A stretch of 64,000 nucleotides of DNA from Azolla caroliniana (GCA_043228905.1 JBHGNT010000018.1:12958001-13022000), one strand, 5' to 3'. Counted from the stretch's first letter, positions 50,630-64,000 are shown. The notes: generated from the letters alone by a model not told the origin. Numbers and translations are program-made.

Positions 50630-51206
50630 ACTTATCTTTAGTGTTATAAATATAGATTTAATACGTATAAGACCTTTATTTACACATACCTTTATTAAAA
50701 GGTAAAAATCATGTATTCTTTAGAGTGTGAATATTTTATTTACACGTGACATTAAAAGTGACTCATGCACATCTAGCGTGCACGAGCCCTATATTTAGGA
50801 AATGACAAAACATCACATGCACATTTAGTGTGCATGGACACTTTAGGTGAAAAAGCATGAAGCCATGCTTAGCCTCTTCCATCTTTATATAAGGAGGAGA
50901 AAAATATGTATATGGTTGTTAATTAATATAGAAGAATTGATCAATCTAATATATTCGTGGGATTCACGAATTTTGCCATCTAAATTACTCTTATAATCTA
51001 AATATTGTTTTAATTACACTAAACTCGTGGGATTCACGAGATTGCTATCTTACTTCTCTTTCCACTATTCATAACTAGCCTTAAGTTGTATTCCTCTTCC
51101 TCCTAGTCCAAAACCTCGGCGGTTCCCACCCGACTCACGCAACGATCCGGAGCCGAAGGGCTCGACACAGTTGGTGAACCCGACGTGAAGACCGGGTGGC
51201 AAGGAG

Positions 51207-53254
51207 ATGGAAAATCAACCGGAGGCTAGCAACATGATGATGATGTTCGAGCGCATGCTACAAGAACAACGCGCGATGTCGGAGATAGCGGCATCAGTGG
51301 AGCGGCTCGTGCAACGAAACGGGCAATTCAACGGGAAAGACGTGTCGCGGTATCTTCGGGACTACAAGGCGGAGATGCTACGGTGCGGAATATCGGAAGG
51401 ACTGCAAGTGATGTCCTTCAACCGGGTGGCGACCGACGGGCTTCAAGCAAGCATCCATGGGCTACGACAACAAAATCCGACATGGGAGGCGTTTGAAGTA
51501 GAGCTAAAGAGGACGTTCGCCATCGAGGATTCCTCCAAGGCGACGCGAAGGGGATTCGAAGATTGGGTGGAGACGCCGGACAAGGGATTGAAGGTCGTTG
51601 ATGTGTTTTCGGCATTCGAAAGCCGGTTCGGGAGGTTGTCCGCGAGAGATCAAGCTATCCTTGTACCGGACAAGGTGATCATGTTCTTGCGAGCCGTGGA
51701 CGTCCGGGACCGGAAAGATCTCGGAGTACTCTTGGAGGACACGACCACGGAGAGCGGCCTCACCGAAACATGGGAAAGAGTGCGGGATATTGTCGCGCGA
51801 TACACGAAGAGGGGGCAATGGCTTGCCGACGAGGAAAAGAGGGTTTCGGAACCGATTCCGAAACCGAGAACCGGATTGGAAGACCATCAACCGAGGGCTC
51901 GAGAGGCTACAACCGAGAAAGGGATTGATGCATCTACGGTGGAGCAACTATTGAAGGAGATGGAGAATCTGAAGATCGCAATGGTGAAGAAGTCGGACGA
52001 TCGCCCCACAAGCTCCAAGTATATGGACCGACGGTGCATATGGTGCGATAGCGCCGAACACGATCGGAGGGATTGCGACGAGCATAAGGAGGCGCTACGG
52101 CGGGATCTCATCTACTACGAGGGAAACCGGATTCATTCGATGGACTCTTGGAAGCCACTCCGACCGAACTTCCGGAAAGGCGGCATGAAGAAGGTGCTCG
52201 AGGAGGAATTGGCGGCAAGAAGCAACTATGCGACAACCGCGGGAATATGTGTCGGGGAGTCATCGAGAGAAAAGACGTCTTTTTGGCCGGAAGTTCTAGA
52301 AAACACCGAGAAAACCGACTCCAACGAGATCCGAAGCACCGCGGAAGGCGTCCGGGAAGCTACGGGATGGGAGTGCCCTGTCGACAAGAATAGCGTATAC
52401 GCCCTGTGTCAATTGCATAAGGTGTATGTGGACGAGAAACGACGACGCACGGAGGATGCGGCCGGGCCATCGAAGATACCGGAAAGTTGGAACTCCGGAG
52501 GTAAGGGAAAAGAAAAGGCGACTCCGGCATTCAAGCTCGCCTCGGACATAGAACAACAAACCGACTTGAAAAGAGTGTTCGAGGAAAGAATCTTGGATAG
52601 CCGGGTAGATTTCTCGCTTCGGGAGCTACTCGGAATAGCAAAGAAGGAGTTCCACGATCTTCTCGTGGATCTCGTGAAGCGAAAAAGACAAAGTACGGAG
52701 GAAAATGCTCCAAGGGTGAATGCGAACACCGTTTTAATGAACGACACCGAAGCGGAGGACGAAATTCCGAACTCCCACTATACAAGGCCACATTGGGCAC
52801 GCGCGACGCGACTACGGAGACTCCGGTCCGAATCGGCAACATCAAAGAACCCGTGCTAGCATTGATTGATCACGGATCGGAGATCAACTTGATGTCCAAG
52901 GAGTTCTACCGGAAGGAGAAGTGGCCTATTAACACCAACCATGGATGGAAGATTCGGGCGGCCACCAAAGCAACGGAAGATCTATTTGCGGCTTGTCCGG
53001 ATGTGACGGTGAAGATCGGGGATGTCGAGATCGACCAAAATTTCTTCGTGCAAGATGAGGTTTCACATTCCGTCATCCTCGGCCAACCCTTTATCACGGC
53101 ATCACGGATGGAGACGAAGGTGCTCGATAGCGGTGCGGCTTTTGCGCGAATTCGGAGCCAAAACAGTGGGAAATCCGTCCAATTCCTAACGGTGCCGGCA
53201 AATCACAAAAGGAACAAGAGGGAACTCTTGTCCCAAGTGAGAATGGATTTTTAA
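51207..53254 (+). pseudogene. gag-protease of the young element, one frameshift near 52805
   Basis: ORFs 51207..52859 and 52793..53254; CIWCDSAEHDRRDC; ALIDHGSEINLM; GCGAC duplication breaks HWARATTETPV. Confidence 0.9.
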
Positions 53255-56200
53255 AGCGGACTGTTGCGGAGTGGGGAAGTGATAGTCCGAGAAGCCCTGA
53301 TACCCCACACAGGAAGAAAACTCTCGGAGCAAAACATGTACGAATCGGTCCGGATGGGGCATCTACGTACACGACCGTAACCAGAGGATTGAAGAAAGGA
53401 TACCGACAAGTGGAGGATAAGTTGCGGTCGGCATCAATAATAAAAGAAGATGAAGAAATCGTGGGGATAGTCGAGGAAGTGTTCTATGGGAGCACGCTAC
53501 AACGACTTGAAGAGCTTGCGGAAGATAAAAGCCAAGGGAACCGGGTAGTCCCGGTGGAATCGGTCGAGATGTACGAGATCATTGCGAAAATGGAGCCGGA
53601 TACGCTCCGTAAAGAAGAAGCAATGGTAAGTACGAAATACAAGACCGTGGAGAAGAAGGTGAAACCGGCCGCGGGACCACTACCCGACGATAGCGAACAA
53701 AAGAGGAAAGAAGTCTCGGGAGACCCGACACTTCGGAAGACCGTGGATATCGGACATGCCTTCACGGATGAGACCCGGAAGAAACTTCGGATCGATGGAG
53801 GTGGGTTCCTATTACAAAAAGAAGAAGAACGGTTTCGCGAGATGTTGGAGCAACACGGCAAAGCATTTGCATTTACATCAAGGGAGATAGGGTGCGTCGA
53901 TCCGAGAATAGTGGAGCCGATGGTGATCTTCACGATTGACCATGTACCGTGGAACCTGAAGCCGATTCCGGTGCCACGAGCGCATATTCCAAAAGTCATT
54001 GACTTGCTCAAGGAGAAGGTGGCGATGGGGATTCTAGAGCCATCAACTGCTCCGTACTCAAATCGATGGTTTACGGTTCCGAAGAAGAATGGGTCACTCC
54101 GATTTATCCAAGACTTGCAACCGGTGAATAAGGTCACGATCCAGAACTTGGGAGTTGGTCCGATAGTGGACGAATTTGCGGAAGCTTTTGCCGGTCGTGC
54201 GATATACTCCATCGGAGACCTATACTCGGGGTATGACCAATCCAACTAGCCGTGGAGAGCCGAGACATCACAACCATGCGAACACCGATAGGATTAGTCC
54301 GAATGTGCACACTACCACAAGGAGCGACAAACTCGGTTGCTCATATGATGAACGCGATGAACAAGGTGCTTCGAGACTGCATTCCGGAGATAACGATGCC
54401 GTTCCTCGATGACATTCCGATGAAAGGATGCGCGGTAGAAGAAAAAGATGAGACTATGGATGATCGGGGATGCCGAAAGTTCGTGGTCGACCATATTCAT
54501 GATTGCGAGAAAGTGTTGCGAAAGCTAGAAGATGTGCACCTAACACTTTCCGGGGAGAAATCGGCATTCGGGCAAGAAGAAATATTGGTGGTCGGGCATC
54601 TATGTGGGCCCTACGGCTGAAGACCGTCACCAACAAAGATCGATGCGATTCAAGCTATGGAGGAAGTATGCGAGTCAACATCCGAAGTCCGAAGGTTTCT
54701 CGGTGCATGTGCATTCTATCACATATGGATTCCGCACTATGCACATATAGCGGACCCGCTCTACCACTTGTTGCGGAAAGGTAAGAAATTCGAATGGAAA
54801 CCGGAACACACCAAAGCCATGAAGAAATTGAAGAAGACACTTCAGAGGGCGGAAGCACTTAAGAAGCCGAGCTATGACCGACCGATCATAGTAACGGTTG
54901 ATACAAGTCCAACCGGTATCGGGTGGGTCATCAATCAAGCCGACTCGGATGGTTCGCGGTATCCGATCCGATTCGGAGCAAAGGTTCTCAATGAAAGGCA
55001 ACGTGGATATGCACAAGTCAAAAGAGAACTGTGGGGAGTCGTGTCGGCGATAAAATCGGATCGGAATTATTTGATCGGAGCCGAAGTGGTGATCGAGACG
55101 GATTGTCTTCCGATACTCGGGATGATGCGGTGTTGTAAGATACCAGATGTAGCTATGCTAAGGTGGGTTGCATATGTCAAGTCGTTTAATCCGGAGGTTC
55201 AACACATCTCGGGGAAAGAAAACGCGGTAGCGGATATGTTATCAAGGGCTCGGTTCGGAGACGACATAACCGAATCGGATAATGAAGAATTTTCCGAAGA
55301 CTACTTCGCGTCGGAGCACATATGCCGAGTGAACGTAATCCGAGAATTCCGGGAAGAAGAATACGAGGGAGAAAGCTTGATGATCGGAAAGATGTTACAA
55401 GAGGCCGAGGATTCAACAAACGATAAAGGAAGAAGAGCCGAGATCCGAAGGAAGAAGAGGCAAGTCCAAAAGTTCTTCTTGGAAAACGGATTAATATGGA
55501 GGGCGCCGAAAAGACCGGATGGTATACCACTTCGAGTAGTCGGGACAAAAGAGCAACGAAACCGGATAATGTCCGAGTTTCACGAATCCGATTGGGCTGA
55601 ACACCGAGGAACATGGGCAACATTTGTGAAGATCAAGCAAAAATATTGGTGGAAGAAAATGTACAAAGATGTCGCGGAGTTCACGGAAAGCTGCGAGAAA
55701 TGTCAAGTCTACTCCGGGGTTCGACATCGAGATGAGTTACATCCGACATTCTCACCGACAATCAACTTCAAGTGGATGGTTGATATAGTGGCCATGCCGA
55801 CCGGGATCGGACAAAAGAAATACTTGGTATTAGCTCGGGAAGATCTCACGAATCAAGTAGAAGGTCGAGCGCTTCAGAGGAAAACGTGTTCCGCGGTATG
55901 CCAATTTCTTTTGGAGGAAGTATTTTGCAGGTACGGGTGCGTAGGACAAGTGATTGCAGACCGGGGAGAACTCGACTCGGACAAAGCTAGGGGATTCTTC
56001 GCCAAACACGGAGTTCGGTTATCGCTGACAACGGCATACAATCCGGAGGCCAACGGGAAAATCGAACGAGGACATAGTCCGATCGTAAAAGCACTTGCGA
56101 AGGCATGCGATGGAAAGGTGAAGGACTGGCCACAGATGCTTCCGTATGCACTATGGGCGGATCGGCCGACGCATAGCTCCATAACCGGTTACATGCCGGC

Positions 56201-56885
56201 AAAACTCATGACCGGACAAGCACCGGTAATGCCGATGGAAACCGCGATCGCGACATGGACAGTGCTACCGTGGAAGGAAGAGATGAGCCGGGAAGAACTA
56301 CTAGCGGTCCGGATACGACAACTAGAGGGAAGACCGGCAGACATAGCGGAAGCAATACGCCGACAACAAGAAGCACGATTAAGGAACAAAAGCCGGTTCG
56401 ACACAAAGCACCGACTGCGACCGAGGAGGATTGAAGAAGGAGACTGGGTGATCGTCTATGACAGTAGTTTGGACCATCAACATACAACGATGCGGAAATT
56501 CGCGAAAAGGTGGTTCGGGCCATACGAGGTTCGGAAAGTCTTCGACAACGGAACGTACCGACTGTCCGAGTTAGATGGAACAATACTACGAGTGCCTATA
56601 GCCGGGAAGCGGGTGAAGATTTTCAAGAAGCGGACCGACGACAAACCCTATGTGATCCAAGCCAAGGCCGACTATGAGGAGCAATCACACGAAGACCACG
56701 GGGATGCGGGAAGCGAAGAACGTGAATTACAACTCATAGTCGACATAAGGGGAGAATCGGAGGAAGCTTTGGGTGAAGACGGATATGGGGAATCGAGAAC
56801 TTTGGCACATACCGGAGGATGTGCGGGTTCGGAGGGGGCGAGTGTCGTAGTGTATTCCACACACTACGTGAAAACCATAAAATAA
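53245..56885 (+). pseudogene. pol (RT-RH-INT with GPY motif, no chromodomain) of the young element
   Basis: -1 frame open from the GGATTTT site; 1-bp loss near 54241; TGA at 54618; FLDD; VDTSPTGIG; NPEANGKIERGH; WFGPY. Confidence 0.92.
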
Positions 56886-58287
56886 TATATCCGAATTTAG
56901 ATACATATAAATAAATAAATAATATATCAAAAGAATTTATCACGTGCATAGGGCAAGATTCGAACCATGCACCTCCACGTAGATAAATCCCAACTTTACC
57001 ATTGTAATAACTTATCTTTAGTGTTATAAATATAGATTTAATACGTATAAGACCTTTATTTACACATACCTTTATTAAAAGGTAAAAATCATGTATTCTT
57101 TAGAGTGTGAATATTTTATTTACACGTGACATTAAAAGTGACTCATGCACATCTAGCGTGCACGAGCCCTATATTTAGGAAATGACAAAACATCACATGC
57201 ACATTTAGTGTGCATGGACACTTTAGGTGAAAAAGCATGAAGCCATGCTTAGCCTCTTCCATCTTTATATAAGGAGGAGAAAAATATGTATATGGTTGTT
57301 GATTAATATAGAAGAATTGATCAATCTAATATATTCGTGGGATTCACGAATTTTGCCATCTAAATTACTCTTATAATCTAAATATTGTTTTAATTACACT
57401 AAACTCGTGGGATTCACGAGATTGCTATCTTACTTCTCTTTCCACTATTCATAACTAGCCTTAAGTTGTATTCCTCTTCCTCCTAGTCCAAAACCTCGGC
57501 GGTTCCCACCCGACTCACGCAACGATCCGGAGCCGAAGGGCTCGACACCGGATGGGGAACCATGTGCCATCCTCTTCTTCTGGATTAATCACCCACCCGA
57601 TTCCGGTTGGACTCGTATCCATTGTTATGTAAATTGGAGGGTCTGCCTTGTATACCAGTTTCTTGAGAGCTGATGCTGCCGTCAGCCTCTCCTTCAGTCT
57701 TCGGATTGCCTCCGTGTGCTCTGTGCCCCATATGAAGTTCCGACCTTTCTTCAACAACCCATAGAGCGGCTTGGCAAGATGCGCGTAGTGTGGGATCCAA
57801 ATGTCGTAGAAGGCGCATGCTCCCAAGAATCGTCGGATTTCTATGACCAACCTGCAGTGCCCCACTACTAAGATCTCGGATTGTCCAAAAGCCGAATTAT
57901 CCCTAGAGAAGGTAAGTCGAGCGCCCTCAAGCCTCTCCAATATCTTCTCGCAGTCGGAGATGTGGTCCGCGACAAACTTTCCACATTCGTCCAGCTCGAT
58001 CGATTTGGACATCCCTTGATCGGGATGTCGTCCAAGAAAGGCATGGTGACGTCTGGGATGTAGTCCCGCAAAACCTTGTTCATTGCATTCACCATGTGCG
58101 CCACCGAGTTGATCCCTCCTTGCGGTAGTGTACACATCCGAACTAGGCCAAGAGGGGTTCGCATCATCGTGATATCCCTACTCTCCATGGCTAGCTGGAG
58201 CTAGTCATATCTGGAGTACAAGTCGTTGACTGAGTAGATCGACCTCCCTGCAAAGGCCTCTGCAAACTCGTCAATTGTTGGTCCGAT

Positions 58288-58610
58288 TGTTACCGGTATA
58301 AGTGCACGGGAGGGTTAGGTGTAATGTGGAAAGTGTAAGGTGTAATATGAAATGTTAATGTGTGAGTGTGAGGTGGGGTAAGTAGGTGTAACTACCCCCA
58401 TTCGGCTTTTTGTAATATTTGATCAAATCTTGTACTATTTAAACCACACCCGTGGGGCATGGAAAAAAGAAAAATATATTGAAGTTACCCTCAAACCGTG
58501 TTTGTCTCGATTCCGTCTCTCTCTCACACACACTCTCTCTCTGCATCTTTCTCTCTCTCCCCTCACATTCAAAATCCCTTGGGAGGGGGATGGTGTGGAT
58601 CTTGGCTCCA
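58288..58610 (+). mobile_element. Family H LTR-like fragment
   Basis: Starts TGTTACCGGTATAAG; homologous to the reverse complement of 42940-43321; host jumps from RT to gag across it, implying a deletion. Confidence 0.55.
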
Positions 58611-59102
58611 CCCCCTCTCCGCATGGTCCACTTCCTCCTTCTTCAGCTTCCTTCCGTGGAAGCCCTCTAGTACTACCGGCCAAAATCTAGAGTCGGCCAC
58701 AAAGCCGGTGACTTTCTCTCCACCCACATGGATGCCGGCTGAGTCTGAGTAGTGAATGGCCTCGACATGATGGACTTCCTCCTCCTCCATTATCCTCTTC
58801 ATGCCGCCTCGTCCTGTGTTTAATTCGAGCGGGCTTCACGGGTCGCTCGTGTGCACCCGACCATTCCAAAGGTACACCACGTTAGTTCTTAGCGCTTCAC
58901 CGAAGTCGGCGTAGTCTCTTCGGGTGTGGCCAACGTCATCACACCATATACACCTTTGGTGAATTGGCGGCAGTCAGTCACGAGATTGACCTCCGTCGTC
59001 CCTTCGGGCCTGAGGGATCTGGAGATTGTGCACCATCTTCGTCAACTCCTCTAGAGTCGTACCCCCGAACAATCCCGCGAATAGAGTGGTTGGAACTTGG
59101 CC

Positions 59103-59257
59103 TGACAGTCCCACATGAAATGGATAAGTATCGAGTTATGTGAGTGTAAAGTTTGAGAATAAGAGGAAAACAAAACTGTGAGATATCCCACATAGATAGG
59201 ACAACATCAGGATCCCACATTATATAAGTAGAGCCAAAACTCATTACTTTACATTTA
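59103..59257 (+). mobile_element. U3 fragment of another copia-type LTR
   Basis: TGACAGTCCCACAT start, three TCCCACAT motifs, TATATAA. Confidence 0.45.
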
Positions 59258-62200
59258 TGTTGAGAGACAAGCTCAACATTGGCCGGATCGGCTGAGCAAG
59301 CCGAGAACTGGATCAGTTGGGACCGATCGGTAAGGCTGGACCGGTGCGTAAAACGGTACGCATACCAGTGCGTAAACCGAAAGGCCATTAGAAAGATATT
59401 CCTCGTAAGGAATAGTTTTGGGAGTAAGAGTCGAGGCTCCTTTATGAGCAGTCAAGTACTGTCAGTACTTGTGTCAGCCCGATTGTCAGGGCTTGTATAA
59501 AAGTGCTCACTGAGCACATCCTATGTATAGATTGAGTATTATTTTTTAATTAAGTTCTGTGCTTACTCTCTCTCTATCTCTCCCGTGCATACTGTGCAAA
59601 CCTAAGCCTTCCATTAAACCTGCGTTTTATGTTCTTCAGTTTTCTATATTGCTTCCGCACACAATTCTTTTCATGGTATCAGAGCGCGAGGGTTGAGAAC
59701 CTTTGCAATCGACTTTGCTTAAAGGGAAAACCAACGAAGAAGAACAAGAAAACTGATGGACAGAGGAATGGCTAGCTCTCTTCCGATGGAGAAGCTCGAT
59801 AGAAACAACTACGCGTCTTGGTCTTACAAGATGCACCAGTACCTGCTCGGACACGGTTACTAGAGCTATGTCGATGGAGCAAATGACACAGCACCCGATT
59901 CGGCACACAAAGACTTCCTGGCATGGGAACAATCAACGAGTAGAGTGTTGTACTGTTTCGCATCTTTTGTGGGCAGGCAACTGTTAAGCTACGTTCGGGA
60001 GGCAAAAACGCCGAAGGGTGCGTGGGAAAATTTGAAGAAGATTTTCGCCACGAGCACCACAGCTAGGAAGCTTCAACTCCGATAGGAGTTGAGCAACCTA
60101 CGACAACGAGACTTGTCGGTGGCTAATTATAGCTCGAAGATCAAGGACATATGCGACTCCTTAGCTTCCATCGATGTGAACATCGAGGAAAGCGAGATGG
60201 TCCAGGTCTATCTCGGGGATTTGGCGTCAAATTTCGGAGCGTTCCGAACTGCTGTGTGTACCCGGGAGAATACGCCGTCGTTTTTCGACTTACAATCGAT
60301 GCTCCTTATAGAGGAGAACCACGTGGGTGTGTCGACAAGCACGCATGCCGACAGCAGGATGTACACGGAGGGAGAGAGGCCCCGTGGTCGTGGCGGACGA
60401 GGTGAGTCGGTACGCAATGGAGGCGGCCGACGGGATCAAGGAAGAAGGCATAGAAGTGATGCAGACAACAACTCCGGACCCTCCGAAAACAGGGGGAGTC
60501 GAGGCAACGAGAACCGGCAAGGGAAATCCGTCGTGGAATGCTGGTACTGTGGCAAGAAAGGCCATAGGGAGAGCGAGTGCTGGAAAAAGCGCGCCGAGTC
60601 GGAGAGGACCGGTTCTGGATCTGGTTCTGGATCTGGTTCTGGACATACCGACAAAGCAAACCGGCAGCGATCGCACTACGCCGAAGGATCCGGAGAAGCC
60701 AGAAAAGGGTCAGTCTTCGTGACTAGACACGAAGCAAACTCAATGAAGCAGTCCACCCCGAAATCAGACGAGGTGTGGTACGTTGACTCCGACGCGTCAA
60801 ACCACATGACATGCCACGAGGAGTGGTTCTCATATCTTGAGAAACCGACGCAACCAGGAGTAGTCGCAACCGGAGACGACACTCCGCATCCGATCGCGAA
60901 TGTCGAAGAAGTTCTCTTGAGCCATGTCGGGCAGAAAGGGAAACTTATGAACGTGTTACACGTCCCGACCATCACGAAGAATCTGGTGTCGGTCGGGCAG
61001 ATCGTCAACTAGGGGATGCAGGTTCGGTTTACACACCTCGGGTGCTTCATTGAGGAAGAAGGTCGTATCATTGCGCAAGGGCGCAGATATGGGAGGATGT
61101 TCATCCTCGACTCTACTGACGGTGGCACCGCAATGTTCGCGAAGGGACAAAAAGTCGAGTCGGACATCGACTTATGGCACAAGCGGATAGGCCACGTCAA
61201 CTACCAGCGGCTTCAAGACCTGCAATCGAAACAAGTGGTGTTCGGATTGCCCAAATTTAGTGGCCGGAACGCACAAATTTGTGAAGCCTGCCAGCTTGGG
61301 AAGCAACACCGACTTCCCTTCCCCAACGAGCGTAACCGGAGTCAGAACAAGCTCGACTTGATACACTCCGATGTGTGGGGGCCGGCACAAAACGTTAGTC
61401 TTGGCGGGAGTCGATATTTCGTCTCCTTCATTGACGACTACACGCGACACACATGGATGTACCTCATCAAGAGGAAGAGCGAAGTCTTCGACTGTTTCCG
61501 GGACCTCAAAGGGTTCGTGGAAACGGAAACAGGAAGAAAGATCAAGTGCCTACGGTCGGATGGCAGAAAAGAATACTTTTTCGGTCAATTCAACGGTTAT
61601 CTACAATAGATGGGAATTCGGCATGAATTCAGTTAAAGATACACGCCAAAGCAAAACGGCGTGGCCGAGAGGAAAAATCAGTCGATTGTGGAAGCGGCAC
61701 AGGCAATGCTAGAAGAGAAGAGCTTGCCCAAGTTCTACTGGGCCGAGGCGGTAAGGACCGCGGTATACATCCAGAATCGGATCGGAGATAAAGTGTCGGC
61801 GCACGAGCTATATTTCGGAATGAAGCCGAACTTGCGACACTTACGAGTTTTCGGTAGCATTGCGTATGTGCATGTGCCGAAGGAGAAGAGGAAGTTGGAC
61901 GCGAAAGCCGAGAAGTGTATCTTGGTCGGCTATTTAGACGAGCAAAAGGGTTATAAGTGCTATAACCCGCATACCAAACAAGCGCGTGTGAACCGCGACG
62001 TTGTGTTTGATGAGTCCGCGTCCTAGTACTTGCCTCCGACTCAAGAACTCACCTCCAATCCGAGTTCTGATGATAAGGACAGCGAGGCCGAGGTGCCTCC
62101 GGTTGAACCTGAAATCCGGACCCCCGAAGAGAGTCCGATTTCATTTCGGTTAAGTGGACCGAATGGACGACTGAGTCGGTACGACCAGTCCGATGAAGAG

Positions 62201-64000
62201 CCGGCAAGTAGTGGAGACTCGGTCTTGCATTCCCCGCACAGGAAGGCGAGGAGACGGCTTACGCACAAAGAGAAAGGGAAGAAGAAGGTGTCAGATTCCG
62301 GCACGGATAGGAACGAGTCAGACTGATGCAAGTCAGACTCCGAGGGAAGTGGTGACAGGTCTTCAAGATCGAGGTCCGCGTCGGCTGAGAAGACCTCGCC
62401 ATCGGCTAATGACCGATTACGCCGATCTACCCGCCAGAAGAACCCAGTTATGCGGTTCGGATTCAACGAGTACATGGCGCATCACTATGCGTACATGACC
62501 CGTGTAGCGGAAGTGCGTGAGCCGGACGGCTACGTAGAAGCGGCTCAAGATGCGAATTGGCGCGCCACAATGGAGGAAGAGTTGCACGCACTAGCGGAAA
62601 ACGAGACCTGGGACCTGGTTGACGCATTGAAGGGTGTGAAGCCGATCAGATGTAGGTGGGTGTACAAGGTCAAGTACAACACCGACGGCTCTGTCAACCA
62701 ATACAAGGCCCGGTTAGTAGCAAAAGGCTACGCGCAGAAACACGACATCGACTATGATGAGACGTTTGCGCCGGTCGCGAAGATGAAGACCATCCGTGTT
62801 TTGCTCGCGGTAGCCACGGCCAAGGGGTGGCACTTACATCAGATGGATGTAAAGAATGAGTTCCTGCAAGGTGAGCTTGAGGAATAGGTGTACATGGTAC
62901 AGCCCCCCGGATTTCACTCCGGAATGAACACTTCGGGAGTGTGTCGTTTGAAGAAGTCCCTTTACGGACTGAATCAAGCCCCGCGTGCTTGGAACGCGAA
63001 GATCACGCAACATTTGCGTCGGATGGGCTTTACGACATCAAAATCGGATTCCTCATTGTTCGTTCTGAAAGGTCGACTCGGGCCGGTTAGTATTTTACTC
63101 TATGTTGATGACTTGGTCATCACCGGCGCCGACCTAGGTGAAATCAACCACGTGAAGCTCTAGCTTGCAGCATCGTTCGACATGAAGGATCTGGGGGATC
63201 TTCATTACTTCCTCGGGATCGAAGTGATCCGCACCCCCGAAGGCATACTGATCAGCCAACGTCATTACACGCTGAATATGCTCTTCAAATTCGGGATGGC
63301 CGACTGGAACTCTGTCTCGACTCCTCTTGATAGAACCGTCAAGCTTCGCCCCAATTCTGAAAGGTGTGTGACCCAACGAGGTTTCGACAAATTCTCGGAA
63401 GCCTTATTTACTTGACAATCACCCGACCCGATCTTAGTTATCCGGTCGGGGTGATCAGTCAGTTTATGGCGGGACCTAGCGAGGAGCATCTTCAGTGTGC
63501 CCAACACGTACTACGGTACATAAGGATCTGCAGGTGGAGGTGTTCGATCTGACGACGATCTATTGCGAGAACCTTAACAGCATCCAGCTCACGAAGAACC
63601 CAATTTTCCACGCACGGGTCAAACACATTGAGGTGCACTACCATTTTTTCCATGAGTGTATCCTTTCTGGTGAAGTCGACCTTCAGTATGTTCCGACGGA
63701 TCGGCAGACCGCCGACATCTTCACCAAGCCTCTTGTTCTGGACAAGTTGCGACAATTCTCGGGTGCGCTTGGGTTGTGTCACCTTGACGTGCCGCACTTG
63801 AGGGGGAGAGACGTCCCAGATGACCACGACGCAAGGGAGCAAGAAAGGAGCGGAAAAGACCGTAGCGCCGAGTCGGATGACGAATTCGACTTCGGATCGG
63901 CTGAAGAAGCCGAGGGCGGATCCGCGGAAGAGTCCGAAAGCGGACATAAGGGGAGCAGCCGGAAGAAAGAGCCAAAGACAACCAAGCCTGAGGGAGATGA
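59258..64000 (+). mobile_element. Ty1/copia family B, copy B3, runs off the window
   Basis: LTR 59258-59673; PBS 59674-59685; gag ATG 59756; CWYCGKKGHRESEC; HSDVWGP; RYKARLV-like RT; LYVDDL; deletion near 63521 between RT and RH. Confidence 0.95.

Larger units (their letters stand above)
50463..57547 (+). mobile_element. Complete, very young Phygy-like Ty3/gypsy element (copy B)
   Basis: 705-bp LTRs 50463-51167 and 56843-57547 with two visible differences (50599/56979, 50921/57301); TGTCG...CGACA termini; TSD CCGG; Trp PBS 51172-51188; PPT GGAGGGGGCGAG 56831-56842. Confidence 0.97.
50243..59100 (-). mobile_element. Phygy-like copy D, degenerate host of the young element
   Basis: RH GTWFPIR (57548-) rejoins FSAKVLNE (50458-) across the insertion; RT 57868-58287; gag 58610-59100. 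Confidence 0.85.

Overview
Eukaryotic, repeat-dense DNA from a non-seed land plant, most likely a bryophyte (inferred from co-occurring Phygy-like and Tcn1-like Ty3/gypsy elements). Most of the window is nested LTR retrotransposons: two main Ty1/copia families plus other copia remnants, a tRNA-Trp-primed non-chromovirus gypsy family in five copies (one very young and complete at 50463-57547), a Tcn1-like chromovirus, a gypsy family with an extra coiled-coil ORF, and several solo LTRs with TSDs. The only intact host gene is a two-exon secreted GH5 glycoside hydrolase with a C-terminal ricin-B-like domain (37658-39649, minus). There is also a 78-bp eEF1A fragment. Main observations: (1) three gypsy LTR families carry an antisense tRNA-derived Pol III A-box/B-box cassette with 43-44 nt spacing at the start of U3; (2) the young element is almost free of CAG/CTG while keeping CG; (3) a -1 frameshift heptamer plus pseudoknot sits after the protease in three copies, with base-pair-preserving differences; (4) the chromovirus has an 11-nt Tf1-type self-priming signal and a PEG10-like frameshift signal. 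All analysis was by eye; lineage names are provisional.
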